From assembly GCF_009914755.1 (NCBI RefSeq), contig NC_060927.1: a DNA stretch of 64,000 nucleotides; one strand, 5' to 3'. Shown here in pieces: positions 45,083 through 58,445 of this stretch. The notes under the pieces were generated by a model. That model was not told where the DNA came from, did not search any database, and saw only the letters and a program-made list of their open reading frames with translations. Positions within the stretch are counted from its first letter, which is position 1, and each line of letters starts with the position of its first letter. Origin of the DNA: the human T2T-CHM13v2.0 reference genome, Homo sapiens. The translations under genes and the position numbers were made by a program.

Positions 45083-45223
45083 TGATTATTATGCTGGGAA
45101 CGTAGTAGGTTCCTGAGATGTATATAAGGTGATTATTATGCTGGGAACGTAGTAGGTTCTTGAGATGTATATAAGGTGATTATTATGCTGGGAACGTAGT
45201 AGGTTCTTGAGATGTATATAAGG
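45083..45223. repeat. 47-bp tandem repeat, 3 copies
   Basis: TGATTATTATGCTGGGAACGTAGTAGGTTC(C/T)TGAGATGTATATAAGG at 45083, 45130 and 45177. Confidence 0.97.
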
Positions 45224-47185
45224 AAGACAAATAGGCAGAGAGGAAAAAAAAGAAATTCAATTTTTGTTTGTTTTTCAGCAAGTCTGACTGTATTTTGCCA
45301 ATCACATATTTTAGAATAAAATGAATCAAAATACAAAAACATAGAATTGTAATACTAAATACTCTAGTTTGCCTGAAATTTTTTTCTAATATTTATAAAA
45401 AGCACACCTTGAAATATCTTGAAATAAGAAGAAAAAAACATATTATCAACACAAATCTTTTATTAGAACATTTCAGGCAAACTGATGAACAAACATTTTA
45501 AGATATTACGATAAGTGGCTCCATATGAATTATTTTCTGGGATTTGTAGTACATAAGACAACTCTGTTGGCTTTGTGACAGTTAAAGAAGCAAGTTTTTT
45601 TCTGTAAACTGATATTTCCAGGCAAACAAAATTCCAGCACTACTGCCTCCTTTGTCCAGAAGACAGGTTAATACCCAAAGGCAAATGATTTAGGCATTTT
45701 CATCACAAAGATCAATGTTTAATTTCTTCACCTAAATAGATTCCTCTTTACCCTTTTGACCTACCTACAGAGTCTTGTCATTCAGCACCCCTAGAATCAC
45801 AGAGTTGGGAGGGTTCTTGATGGGGGGGTAATTCTAGCTCTTCCCAAGCTGCAGTCTCCAGACAGGATGAAATATGTGTCCTTCAAGGTACAGACATTCA
45901 CCAGTTTATGAATAAATTGTATTGTCTTAAGAAATCTGTCATTTAGTTGTTGGGACACACGTTCACTTTGTTAATAGAAATACTGCTGAAAACAGTTTTT
46001 TCTGCAGCCTGTAAAAGCCTATTTATCTTATAATGGATTGACAGTGTAGCACTTCATGGTACTCAAGAACCCAATCTTAAAATGAAACCGCGATTCACCA
46101 ACAAAGCATTTTCAGAGTTCTGGCTTTGCTTATGGGAAAAACATCTTCTTCCAACATACCAGCAACTTGACAGTAGCAACAAGGACTCCACGAGCAACAA
46201 GGACTCCATGACAGCATATATGGCGTCTCTCATGGTGTAGGACAGGAACCCCAGTAAGACAAGAGTGGAGAAGCAGAAACATAAGATCCAGGTTGTAGGA
46301 ATTAAAGAACTGTAAGGAAAGAACCTTCCATCGTGAAACTCACTTTATCAGGTGATCAGCTTTCATCCACACGCCATGTTCCCACTCTTCTCAGGAACTT
46401 TCCAGTCTTATCTTCTTCTGTTACTTTCTCTTTTAATAACCTTTTAAAACCCATCTAGTATCACTTTACTATTAGCTTTTTGTGTTCTAGCCCAAGAAAA
46501 TTTTATTCTCTCCTACTGATAAGCTGGGCCTCCATCTCACCACAGGGCCTTTGCACATGCTAGTACCTTTTCCTGCAATTTCTTTTTGCCCTCAACAATG
46601 TATTCTTGCTCCTTTCATCTGGTTAATTGCTATTCATTCTGATTAGGTAAAACTCTATATTTCTCCACTGCACCAACATTATTCTTCCCTAACACTTATC
46701 ACAGCTATAGTTTATTTATTTCTGTTATTCTCCAATTAATTCCTATAATTTCCAAACAATCTACAAGATCCATGAGGATAGGAATCCTATTGTATTGGGT
46801 TGATCATTGATTGTATCCCCAGTACTTAACATAGTGCTGGCACCTGGGAATCTCTCAGTAAATGGGATTTATTTAGAAACAAGTGAGTCACAATTACAAT
46901 AAATATCTAATTAAATAAACATAAAATTTTACATTATAAAATAAAAAGTTAATAACTTAATGACAATTACTTGTATCTTCTCTTAAAGACTCCTGTCCAT
47001 AGGACTCAATTTAAAGCTTTAATTATGCTACTTTTTCCTCAAAACCAATAGACAGTTTTTCTCATGTTTTCTCATCATTCTTACAGCACTGAAAATAATA
47101 GGAAATCAGAAAAATTTCCATTAAATTCTACTTTGAATGCCTCCTTCACCTTACCTCCAATCTATACTTTTTTCATTAACCCAGT

Positions 47186-47560
47186 TGTATTAGTCTGTTC
47201 TCACACTGTTAATAAAGACATAACTGAGACTAGGTAATTTATACAGGGAAGAGATTTAATTGACTCACCGTTCAGTATGATTGGGGAGGCCTCAGGAAAT
47301 TTACAGTCATGGTGGAAAGGGTAGCAAACATGTCCTTCTTCATATGGTGGCAGGAAGGAGAAGTGCTGGGCAAAGAAGGGGAAAGCCCCTTATAAAACCA
47401 TCAGATCTTGTGAGAACTCACTCACAATCACGAGAACACATGAGGGTAACCACCTTCATGATTCAATTACCTCCCACCAGGTCCCTCCCATGACAAGTGG
47501 GGATTACGGGAAATACAAGTTAAGATGAGATTTGGGTGGGGACACAGCGAACCCATATCA
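47186..47560 (-). mobile_element. THE1 solo LTR
   Basis: TGTATTAGTCTGTTCTCACACTG...GACACAGCGAACCCATATCA with a 5-bp TSD CCAGT on both sides. Confidence 0.9.
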
Positions 47561-47859
47561 CCAGTGGAATGAAGGTGGCAATATCTGGCATGCATAACTC
47601 TGCCTCCTGGTGATCCTTAGAATCCTTCTTCACACAATCATGCAGGCAACTACTACTAATTAATTTTACTGGCACCATGAAATGAAATTGATTTACAATT
47701 CCTTAAAGAGGTAAAATAAAAAGTCTCCTTTCTGTTTACAGCAATATAAACTTTTGGGGAATTGTGATGAGAACTTACTTTCTAATTATTGGCATTTCTC
47801 CAGCTCCACCCATACATTAAGAACAGCTTTAAATTGTTCCATAGTTTTGTTGTAAAAAG

Positions 47860-48176
47860 GTAATCTTGGAATATCCAGGTGGACCCAATGTAGTCACAAG
47901 GGTCTTAAACGTGAGAGACAGAAGATGAGTCAGAATGAGATGATGTGAGAAAGTCCACAGGGGCCACTGCTGGCCTTGAAGATGGAGGAAGGGGACACAG
48001 CCCAAGGAATGTGTACAGCCTCTAGCAGCTGGAAAAGGCTAGAAAATGCATTTTCTTCTAAAGCCTCCACAAGAGATGCAACCCTGCCAAAACCTATATT
48101 TTGGCCCCCTGAGATCCATTTTATGTTTTTGTAAGCTGTTAAGTTTGTGACACAGCAGTAATAGGAAGCAAATACA
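47860..48176 (+). mobile_element. MLT1 LTR fragment
   Basis: TATCCAGGTGGACCCAATGTAGTCACAAGGGTC...TTGAAGATGGAGGAAGGGG...GCAGTAATAGGAAGCAAATACA. Confidence 0.75.
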
Positions 48177-51100
48177 GTGAGTTTAAGAAACTTGCCAAGT
48201 TCACACAGTGAATGGATGGTTAGAAATAAAACCGGGCAGTGTGTTTTACTTAGCTATCATTTTATTTAACTGTCAATGTAAAAACAAATACGTGCATGCA
48301 CACACACACACAGATGTATATATAAACATAGCATAAATATACATATATATGTATATGCATACATAAATGTAATATGTGCATATATCCATGTATACACATA
48401 TATATGCATGTGTCATTTCCAATGTTGTACTGCCTCACTAATTTTGGTAATTTGAAAATAATACATTTCTATGGTAATACAAGAGCAGAGATATACTCGG
48501 TATCAAAGTGGTACTAAATACTGTTTATACAGCCTGTTTCATGAGATGCTGAAGATGTACTGTAAACAGTAATACTTACACGAAATTAAAGTCTACCAGT
48601 GTTATCCTTGGGCTGCCAATTGATTGTGGTTCATGGATTTCATTTACTTTGTGTGAGTGCATCAATGTTCTTTTAAAGCGCAGGGAGAGTTTACAACTAT
48701 AATTTTTACTAATGATTGCTGATAGGTTTTTCATGATTTAGATATCAGGAATCTTGAAATCAAAACTAATAGCAATAGACAAGAAGTGATAAACAGATAC
48801 TTAGAAAGGTATAAGGAAACAAGAGAAGGGCGCTTCATTACAAGAATGAGCTTGGGGAGCAGGTGTGACCAGAGAGTGTAGAAGCTGTGCTAAAAGCCAG
48901 GCTTTGATGTAACTTGGAGGAAGTATTTAGAACAGTTAGAGAATAGCCACTTCCTAGAGCCAGAAAGAAGACAGATCAACTTGTAATTCCATTATTTTCC
49001 AGGTGGATGATACTGAAATGTATAGTTAACCTCTCTGAGCTTGATTCTTATCTCTTTAAAAAGCACATTAATATCTACCGCAGGAGGCTGTTGTGATGAT
49101 TAAGTGAGCCAATGCATGTAAATCACCTAGGATTGGTAGATGTTCAGCAAATATTATTTCCTTTCTTCCTCCCTGCTGTCTCCATTGATTCTTTGCTACC
49201 ATGCTTTAAGGTCATACATCCTGAAATTTGCTGCCATCAAAGGATATAATATAGTTGTTTGCCCACTTTTTAAATAAAGTAGGTTAAATGAATTTATTTT
49301 CTTTTATTATACCACCTCTTTGGGCCTTTCTTATTGAACTATGCATTATGATTCTTTGAGGAACATAACATTATATAATAGAAATCACTTCTCAATTTTA
49401 TTTTTCAACAATTTTTTTCACAGGAAATTACATGAGAGAATTGACATGAGACTAGTTCAACAAAACTTATCACAAGAAGCTCAAACTTAAAGTAAAATCT
49501 TGGAATCAAGCATCAGAATATATGAGTCTATAGTTCTATCTTCACTGTTTTGTGGTTGAGTTGAGTTCAAAACAAATATGTAATGTTTTAAGAACTTTGT
49601 TCTACCTCCGTTGTCTCTTCTATGAAGAGTTTTGAGGATGAAACTGCAAGCAGTATGCAAAAGTACTATCCAGAGTTAAAAAGCTCCATGCAAGCATGAG
49701 ATTATTATTACGTTCTTTTATCATTTGACCCACTATTTGTTCCACAATGTGAAAGGAATATAGCTGATTGCTCCCAAAGACCTTGGTAGGTCAAAGTAAA
49801 GAAAAGTGCATATTATCAGGCCAGAGGCCACAAGGTGTGAGACTGGATGAAATGAACACAATACAATGATCTCTGTGAGAAAATAATTTATTTCAAAATA
49901 AATGCCCTAACTCTAGAGAGCTGGTAGAGTTTGGGACATGAGGTACACAGGCTCTTTTAACATTTTCATTGAATTTTCAAGCATTGTTATGTAGACCATA
50001 ATAATGCACAAAATTCTTCAGAAGAATACCTGGTCTCATAACACCCTCCATCTTGTTGAGAAGCTACATATAGGTCTCTTCTTTTCTCTGAGATTCAGGA
50101 TTGGAAATGTTTAGAGAGATGGTGGGAGGATTATAAATTAACAGATTTTTATAGTTAAAAACATTTCCAAAAATGTGGTCTGTGGAATATTTAAACCTAG
50201 AGAACTCTTCCCCCCCAAAAAATTATTCCACGATCAATGACATTTAGGATGCATGGCTCTATCCCCCCTCTAGGAGCTTCACAAGGCACTTGACCAATCT
50301 AAAAACTCCTGGAAGTCCTGAAGTAATGAAAAAGATTACCTTGTTCTAATGCAATATGTCCACAATTATTTAATCATGTTAAACATTATTTGCAAGAAAC
50401 TTACAAAAATTTCACCAGATAATATTCCACCAAACCTGTGGGGGAAGTGCCCCATGAGATAATATCCCAGGTCCCCAAGTCCTCTACCATTCCTGGAGTG
50501 TATATGGTTCCCCAGGAGGGTGCAGGAAGGACTTGGTGCCTCTACTTCTACAGCCTTGAGACCTTCTTTTATAATAGTATTGGTCCGCCCCCATGGAGTC
50601 AGTTTGTGGCTGGAAGTACAGTTTGCACGATTAGTGTGCGGAACACAGTGTGGGCTGAACAGGCTGGAGGGAAAAGGCTGCTTCTTGGGGACCAATTTTT
50701 AGAAGAAAGTGCCTCCTCTGTCTCTGTCTCAGCCCTTACCAATTCTTCTTGCCAGCTGTGGTGTCTGTGTTTGCCCACTCCAGGGGGATTACACATTCAT
50801 TTTATGTGGCACAAGAGGCTGAGAAGAAAAATTGCTGGCAAATGAGACACCTGTGACATTTGGGGTAAACACAATTACATAAAGCCCTGGTTTATGGGCT
50901 TGTGTCATCACTATGGGAGGATCACCTTCTCCCTCCTCCAATGGATGGGAGACCTGGCTATAAGCAGCAGAAGGGGACTTTATAGGCTGTTAGACAGGCT
51001 TGACATGGGCTCTGGGGGTCTTCCAGTCAGGATTTGCCTACCCACGCAAAGTGCAAAAGAGAAATAAAGCATTTAACCAGAAAATTAAGACCCAACCAAG

Positions 51101-51724
51101 TCACAAGAAGTTGATTGTAGCAAAAGCAATGTACCTTGGTTTTTTCTAATAACTGTTGACACATAAATCTTTAATTGCTAATAATGTATTGCTTATGCAC
51201 TCTGCTATACCATATATATATATACATATATACATACATAATCTCATTTATGCCTCACAATAATGCTCCAAGGAAGGCATTTCTTATACTGGTTTTACAA
51301 ATGAGAAGCTGAAGCTGAGAGTGAAGACACGGTTTGCCCAAGTTACTACATACAGGAAGATAGCAGACCAGAAATTCAGATCAGGTCGAGTCAACTACAA
51401 AACCCATGTTCTGGAACCACTAAGGTATGGACTCTTCCTGTTCTGCATATCTTCCTTGTGTTCCTCCAGATCGATTCTCCACCCTTCTCTGCCCCTCTTT
51501 TTGTCCTAGGAGGATGATCTGCATGGATTATTTTTATAAGTTCCATTTTCTCTGGCTTCTTGTTAAATGTGACCAATAGAGGTCACTGGCAGGGTTGGAG
51601 GGAGTTCCTTTAACTGACTCTATTCTACCATCATTGCTTTTCTCAATGCAGCTAATTCTATGTAATTTTCTCGCTCATAGTTCTGGTAACCACTTTCTTC
51701 TCTTTTCCCTTTGAACCAAGGGTT

Positions 51725-52273
51725 GTGTGTTAGATTGCTCACAGAGATAGCTGCAATTATTATTTTCATTGTTGTATAAATATTCTTTTGTAATGAGACT
51801 TTGTTTCTTCTCCAATATAGGAGTGGAGTCTATTTCCCCATCCCATTAATTAGTGGTGTTCTTATCCCTTGCTTTAACCAAGAGAATGTGACAAAAGTGA
51901 CATTTTCCATACGTAAGTTCCAGAACCATGGCCTCAGGAGGCCTTACAATTTCTGCCTTTTCCTTTTTGAAACTTTAAGGTCATCGTATAAGGAATCCCA
52001 GTTACACTCGAGTATGAATGACCACAAGATGGGACTGCCCCAGCTAACAGTAAAAACAAAACTTCAGTGATGTGAATGAGGCTACCTGGGACCTTTCAAC
52101 CCATTCAATCTGCCAGATCACTGCACTTACATGTACAATCTCATGCCAGGCTAGCAGGAGGGCTGCCCAGATGATCCTAGCCTAAATAACTAAATCACAG
52201 AATTGTGAGCAAATAAATGTTTTAAAACACTAAGATTGGGAGGTGAGGTTGTTATGCAATAGATGACTGATAA
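51725..52273 (+). mobile_element. MLT1 (E/F/G-like) LTR
   Basis: GAGTGGAGTCTATTTCCCC...CACAGAATTGTGAGCAAATAAATG...GCAATAGATGACTGATA. Confidence 0.65.
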
Positions 52274-53824
52274 AGTTGTTCAACTGTCTTATGCTTCCAT
52301 AAGTTCATTTTGTTCATAAATCCCCCTCAAATTATCTGATTTCATGTCTACCACCTGGACCCTGGCTGATACCTCCACCATGACAGTCTGATAATTAATC
52401 GAAGACTTATTTGAAAAAGGATTACCATAGGATCCATCTCCCCATGCTCCTGAATCCATAGACATGTTTCTCTAGGAAATCTTAATTAATAGTTATATAT
52501 AATAGTTACTTGGTGTCTGGTGTGTTGCTTACATTATCACTGCAAAACTGGAATTAAGTATTATTATCATCCTATTTTACTTACAAAAAAGCAGAAATTT
52601 GGAGATAAAATACTTAATTAGGTGCAGTGCTAGTAAGTACCAGGCTCTGAGTTCAAACCTAGATCTTCACTTTACTCCAACACTTATGTTCTTTCCACTT
52701 CGTCAAACTGCCTCAGAAATTGAAATTTTAGTTCTAACAGCTAACCAACCATAGACCTCGAGCACAAACTCTGTCAACTTAGGAATCTCTGGATGTCCAT
52801 TCCATAAAAGGTGTTTTGAAGCTGTAATTTCTTCTCTCAGGGAATAAAGGTCAGATTAGTAAAAGCATATTTTGACACCATCAAATGAATGTAACTTATT
52901 TGGCCTTCAAATGTAGAGATGTCAAATCATTGGTGTAGTTTCCTAATAGGTCACTGCCTAATGTTTGTGCAGTTTCATAGTAAATCTACTCTAGAAATCC
53001 ATCTTGTAGACCCCCAGGAGTAAAAGTAGATGTTCACAAATAGAGGGGGAAGTAGCCTGTGATTCTTTTTCACTATACTTTCTATATTTAACATTTACGT
53101 TTCCTGTAAGAGGCTCCAGACATAAAGAATTTATGTTAACATAGGTCTCTGAGGGAATATATCATCCGAAGTGACTCTAGCAGATTCCTGAGTATGACAG
53201 GAGCAATACTAACTTAAGGATTTGTGCTGAAGTAACAGGCAGCACAGAGCAGATGAAAATATATTCTTGTGACAGAGCACGGACCACATTGTTAAAGGCC
53301 AGTTATAGAGGCTATGATGATAATAGAAACTTTTTTTTCTTCCTTTGGAGAGATAGCATAGATATGGCACAGTACATCTTAGGTTTGGACGCTAGTTATG
53401 ATGTCTTCTCATTGTGTGGCATGAGGCAAGTAACTTGTAACCTACAAATCTTGTTTTCTTTCACTATGAAAAGAAAGAATAACAATGACATCAACTTCAT
53501 ATGCTATTGTGAAGATTAAATGAGACAATGAGTGTAAAAACTTACTTGAATACCTAGTATATAAAATAAATTAAATTGTTCTTTATCATTGGTGTGCCTA
53601 ACACAACAGGGGCTTTACACTTATTGCCCCATTTGGTACTTCCCCATTCCTCTATGGTGAATATATTGTCCATTTCTGTAACTGAGGCAAGTTACCTACC
53701 CAAGGCCTTGCTGCCAGTATAGGTCAAAATTAGAACTTGCTTTGTCCTCTGACTAAATAAAAATCGATCTTTTTCCTCCACATATTGTTTCCCTGCATCA
53801 GTCTGCCTCTCCCTGGATGGTGCA

Positions 53825-53900
53825 TGCATGTGTGTATGTGTGTTTATGTGTGTGTGTTTAAGTTTGTGTGTGTGTCTGTGTCTGTGTGTGTGTGTGTGTG
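53825..53900. repeat. Imperfect (TG)n microsatellite
   Basis: Direct reading. Confidence 0.9.
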
Positions 53901-56900
53901 CCCAATCCCTTTCATAGAAAAAGCACAGCCATCATACCACGCACTTGGCTGGGGGTGGGGGGTGGGAAGGGGGCTTGTCCAACAGAGGGGATGCATTTGT
54001 CAAAATCCATCCTCTCCTATGTGCAGTGACCCCCCACACATTAAAATAAGAGAGCCACTGCAGGAAGCTGGTTCCATTCATAGCTTCAGAACAGAGGGAA
54101 GATAATTGGGCTATGTAGGGAGTGAGCCTATGGCCTTGGCCTCATTAGCAACATAGTTTAATCATCAGAGCCAAGCCACCACAGGTGGCTGTGCCCCATG
54201 CAAGTGTTGTGCATTTCATTTCCTGAAAACGTCAGTGTCTGAGAATATAAATATTACTTATAATCCTGGGATGATTGTGCAGGTACTAATGGAATGGTTT
54301 CATGGTATTGATTTTCAATAGCTCATTTGCTATAATCAGCTTAACTTCATCTGCTAGAAAACGGACTTCTAATTCCAGTCTGAAACATAGTACAAGCAAA
54401 TGATTTTAGCCTAGTCTGCCACCACCTTGAATCCCTTATGGAAGTAGGCTGGGTATAAATCTTAAATAAATAAATCAACTTTAGCTTTTCCCAGATTTTC
54501 ATGATCTTGCAAGACTGATTTTCTTCCCTTTAATCTGTTTTTAATAAAAGAGATATTTTCCTTTGAGACATGGTCCATAATCTTTTCCATGTGTATTATC
54601 ATTCTCATAGACATCCTCTTTTCAATTTCAAGAGAAGCAAGGCCTCTTAGAGGAAGGTAGCTTTTGTGACTAGCCAAATCTGCACAAAGTTGGAGGAATT
54701 CTAGGAAGACGGATGGGCCTTTGGTGTAGGTTGGAAAGAACAATGTTTAAAAATACCCTGTCTCCTCCCTGAGAGGTATGATACCATGATTCTCTCTCTT
54801 TATCTAAAGGTATTAGTCTAAGGAATTAAAAGCCATTTTTCTATGAGAAGAAAAATGAACAAGATATGGGAAGGTGAACTAGCAGAGCAACATATAGAAA
54901 TAATAATAAAAGGCCTTATTCAGAATGTAAAATACACTATACTAAAAGGTTTACCTTGATTATAGCACTCAATCATTCCAAGACTCTGAGATTGTAGCTA
55001 TTATCATATCCATATCTTACAGAAGTTTATAGAGTTACATGAACTTCCTCAATGTCCTGCAGCTAGTGTGAAGGAGTCAGGACTCACACCATAGCACCCA
55101 TATTCCAGAACCCACAGCTAACCACTGGATTCTATGCCTATGAGGATACATAATACTTACTGTTTCAAATAACTTTATAATAGTTTTCAGTTAAAATCTT
55201 GTCTCTAGGCTTTTGGGCAAAGAACTTTAAAAACTCTGAGCCTCCATTCCTCCAGCTTAAAAATGGAGACAGTAGGTAACTCTTACCACTGAGACAATGT
55301 ATGTAAAACACATACACACGCATGCACATATATATACCCCCAAAATACTGGTGTTCTGATTCCCATTTTACAGATGTAGAAACAGGGACTCAAAGTTGTC
55401 AATGTGTTCAACGTTTTATAAAAGCAGATGAAAGAGTCAAGACTCAAACCTAAATCTATCTGACTGCAAAAGGTGTGGCATTACCTGGGCAGCCCATTGA
55501 GGAAGTGCTCGGAGCTCATTGAGTGGGTGAGGATCTTGGCAACCTGGCCAGGGAGGCAATGGGAGAATGACTGGATGCCTACATGTGACTGTGATAACCT
55601 GTGTATGGAATCATTTGAGAGAAGTATCAATTGTCCCAAAATGTCTACCGGAGCAGTAAGGGTGAGGTAAATAATTGAAATGTTTGTTCCTGAAGATGGG
55701 TACAGTATTAAGAGTTTCTAATGATTTCTTATAAGCTCCTGTAACTTTAGGATTTTTTGTTTGATGATGTACTTGAGGGGAATGTGACATCATCTGTGTG
55801 ACGTGATCAATGCAGTAGATGAAATGAGTATTTAAATACCTGACTTAACCTGAAGCAGGATAATTGTTAAACCAGAGGTGAGAACACAGATTGAGAAGGT
55901 GACCATCTCAACCTTGGAAATTTGAACAAGGATTCCCAGAGGAAGAAACATTTGACTCAGGACTTAAAACGTGTAAGAGTTTTACAAAGAAGGTATTAAA
56001 TAAGAGAAAGGGAAAAAAGAAAAATGATGTAGTACATTCTGGTCAGTCAACAAAACATACTTATCTAAAAGCTATGAAGATCCTTATAAATTAAAGGCAC
56101 AGAAAGAAATGCTTTATATTGGTAAAACTCTATATTTTGGAGGGAATAACACTTTAATTTTCAAAGTGCTTTCATTTATATTAACTCATCTGATTCATAC
56201 AACCCTGTATATAGAAGGAAATAATGTTTGGTAAGGGAATTGGGAAATTATTTAAATGAGTTGATCATCAAACAAATAAGTGCCAAAGCTGAACTAGGAC
56301 CCAAAACCTTTACATCTTGATCTACTGCTCCAACTAGATGCAGTATAAACAGGGTGTTTACATGTTTAATACTAGGAGCAAGGGCAGTGCCATACTTTTG
56401 GAAATAGTAAGAAAGAAATAATGCGCTTGTAGATCTTTAATGCTAAGAAAAAGAATCTCCTATGGCATGAGATTGAGGACTTTTAGAAGCAAAGAGGTGA
56501 AAAGTGAGAAGTCTTTATTTCAGAAGCATCATATAACGAATGTTCATAGTCAAGAGATAAATAAATTATTCATTATTCTGAGAGAAAATCAAAGGACTGA
56601 TTTTGAAATATTAGACATTTGTAGCAGTAGACATTTGTATCTAGTGTCCACTATGATAATCTTTCTAATTTATTTTCAACACTACACTCAGAAATATAGA
56701 TTCCTGATTATCAGCAAGTATCAAAATTTCTTCAGGTCCTGGCTGTTTCTTGTGTTGTATTGTTGGTTTCCAGATTTCTAAGTCAATCTGAAGGTTTTTT
56801 CTAAGTAACACGACTTGCATCGTAAGTACTTTTTTAGTAAAAAGTTGTAGTAAAGAGTTACTGGTCTTGCATTAGATATAACCACTTTATATTAGTTTTG

Positions 56901-56953
56901 GTTATCCCAAGCAAACTGCTTGACTTCTGCCTCTCTCTCTCTGTCTCTCTCTC

Positions 56954-57255
56954 TTTTATTTTTTTCTTTTTGAGACAGTCTCACTCTGTTACCCAGGCTG
57001 GAGAGCAGTGGTGTTATCTCAGTTCACGGTAGCCTAAACCTCACAGCCTCAAGCAATCCTCCCTCCTCAGTCTCCCGAGTAACTGGGATTACAGAAGCAC
57101 ACCACCGTGCTAGGCTAATTTTCAAAAAAATCTTTTGTAAAGACGGAGTTTCACTATGTTGCCCAGGCTGGTCTCAAACTCCTGGGCTCAAGCAATTCTC
57201 CTGCCTCAGCTTCCCAAAGCACTGGGATTACAGGCATGAGCCATTGCACCCAGGC
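56954..57255 (-). mobile_element. AluJ
   Basis: Reverse Alu with J-type CTCAAGCAATCCTCC and CCTGGGCTCAAGC motifs. Confidence 0.88.
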
Positions 57256-57528
57256 TGTTTTCTCTATTTTATAGCTAACCCCAATACTAATAACAGCTAA
57301 AATTAATTGAGCACTTACTTTGTAGCATGTATTGTTTTAAACATTAATTCAAACATTACCTAATATAATCATCATGGTACTTTGATACTTTGTGATATTT
57401 TTTACCTCTGTGAATACCAAGAAAGAAGCAATTGTTTAAAAGCAGGAAAATCCCTGAAATTGAGGAGGCATGTGTTCCAACCCCAGGTCGGCTACTTACC
57501 AGCTATATGACCTCTGGAAAAACATATA

Positions 57529-58445
57529 CAGCAAGTCCTCACTTAACATTGTTGACATATTCTTGGAAACTGAAACTTTAAGTGAAATGACCTATAATGA
57601 AACCAGTTTTATCATAGGTTAATTGATATAAAAAAGGTAAGTTCTTATGGCATATTTCTGATCACAAACATATCACCAAACATCAAAATGAATATCCAAA
57701 ACACTTCTAACATTAAACATTGAAATAAATGTGAGCTACACATATATTTAAGAAAGATTAAAGGCCAGGCATGATGGCCTATGCCTGTAATCCCAGCACT
57801 TTGGGAGGCCAAGGCAGGAGGATCACTTGAGGCCAGGAGTTCGAAATCAGCCTGGACAACCTAATAGTCCACTTCTCTGCAAAAATAAAAATAAAAAACA
57901 AATTACCCAGGCATGGTGGTGTGCACCTATAGTCCCAGCTACTCAGGAATCCAAGGCAGAAGAATTGCTTAAGCCCAGGAGGTCAAGACAGCAGTGAGCT
58001 ATGATCATGCCACTGCACTCTAGCCTGGGCAACAGAGCAAGACTCTGTCTCAGTTAATAATTAATTAATCAGTAAGGTCATTATTTACCCACTTATTCAT
58101 AACAGTTCATGGTCTCGGGTGGTCATAGCCTATCACAGCAGCTCAGGGAACCAGATGGGAACCAACCCTGAACAGGACCCTGGACAGCATGCCATCCCAT
58201 TGGAGGGTACACTCACACACACCCGCACTCACTCAGACTGGGACCATTTGGACACAGCAATGAACTGAACATATGCATTTTGGGGTTGTAGGGGGAGACA
58301 TGAGGGTCCTGATAAAACCCACATAGACATGAGGAGAGCATGCAAATTCCATAAACACAGTGGCCCTGGCGGGAATCAATTTTTTCATCATCAATGTTAT
58401 AAGGAAATAACATTGAAAGAAACAAAGTTATTTGAGGACCTGCTT
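57529..58445 (-). mobile_element. Tigger3-like (TcMar) DNA transposon interrupted by an Alu
   Basis: Terminal inverted repeats TA|CAGCAAGTCCTCACTTAAC ... GTTATTTGAGGACCTGCT; internal GCAAATTCCATAAACACAGTGGCCCTGGCGGGAATCAAT. Confidence 0.75.
57763..58052 (+). mobile_element. AluJ nested in the Tigger3
   Basis: GGCCAGGCATGATGG...GAGGATCACTTGAGGCCAGGAG...AGACTCTGTCTC. Confidence 0.9.

Noticed and set aside
45083-45223. Regularly spaced identical repeats resembling a CRISPR array
   Set aside because: The units are head-to-tail with no unique spacers, there are no cas genes, and the context is primate DNA.
44767-46210. Degenerate ~27-bp triplication (44767-44850) and an 18-bp duplication (46175-46210)
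   Set aside because: Ordinary slippage duplications with no associated features.
50366-50845. Cluster of four ORFs up to 135 aa in intergenic DNA
   Set aside because: No homology I recognise and no exon structure; probably an old LTR-type repeat that I cannot name.
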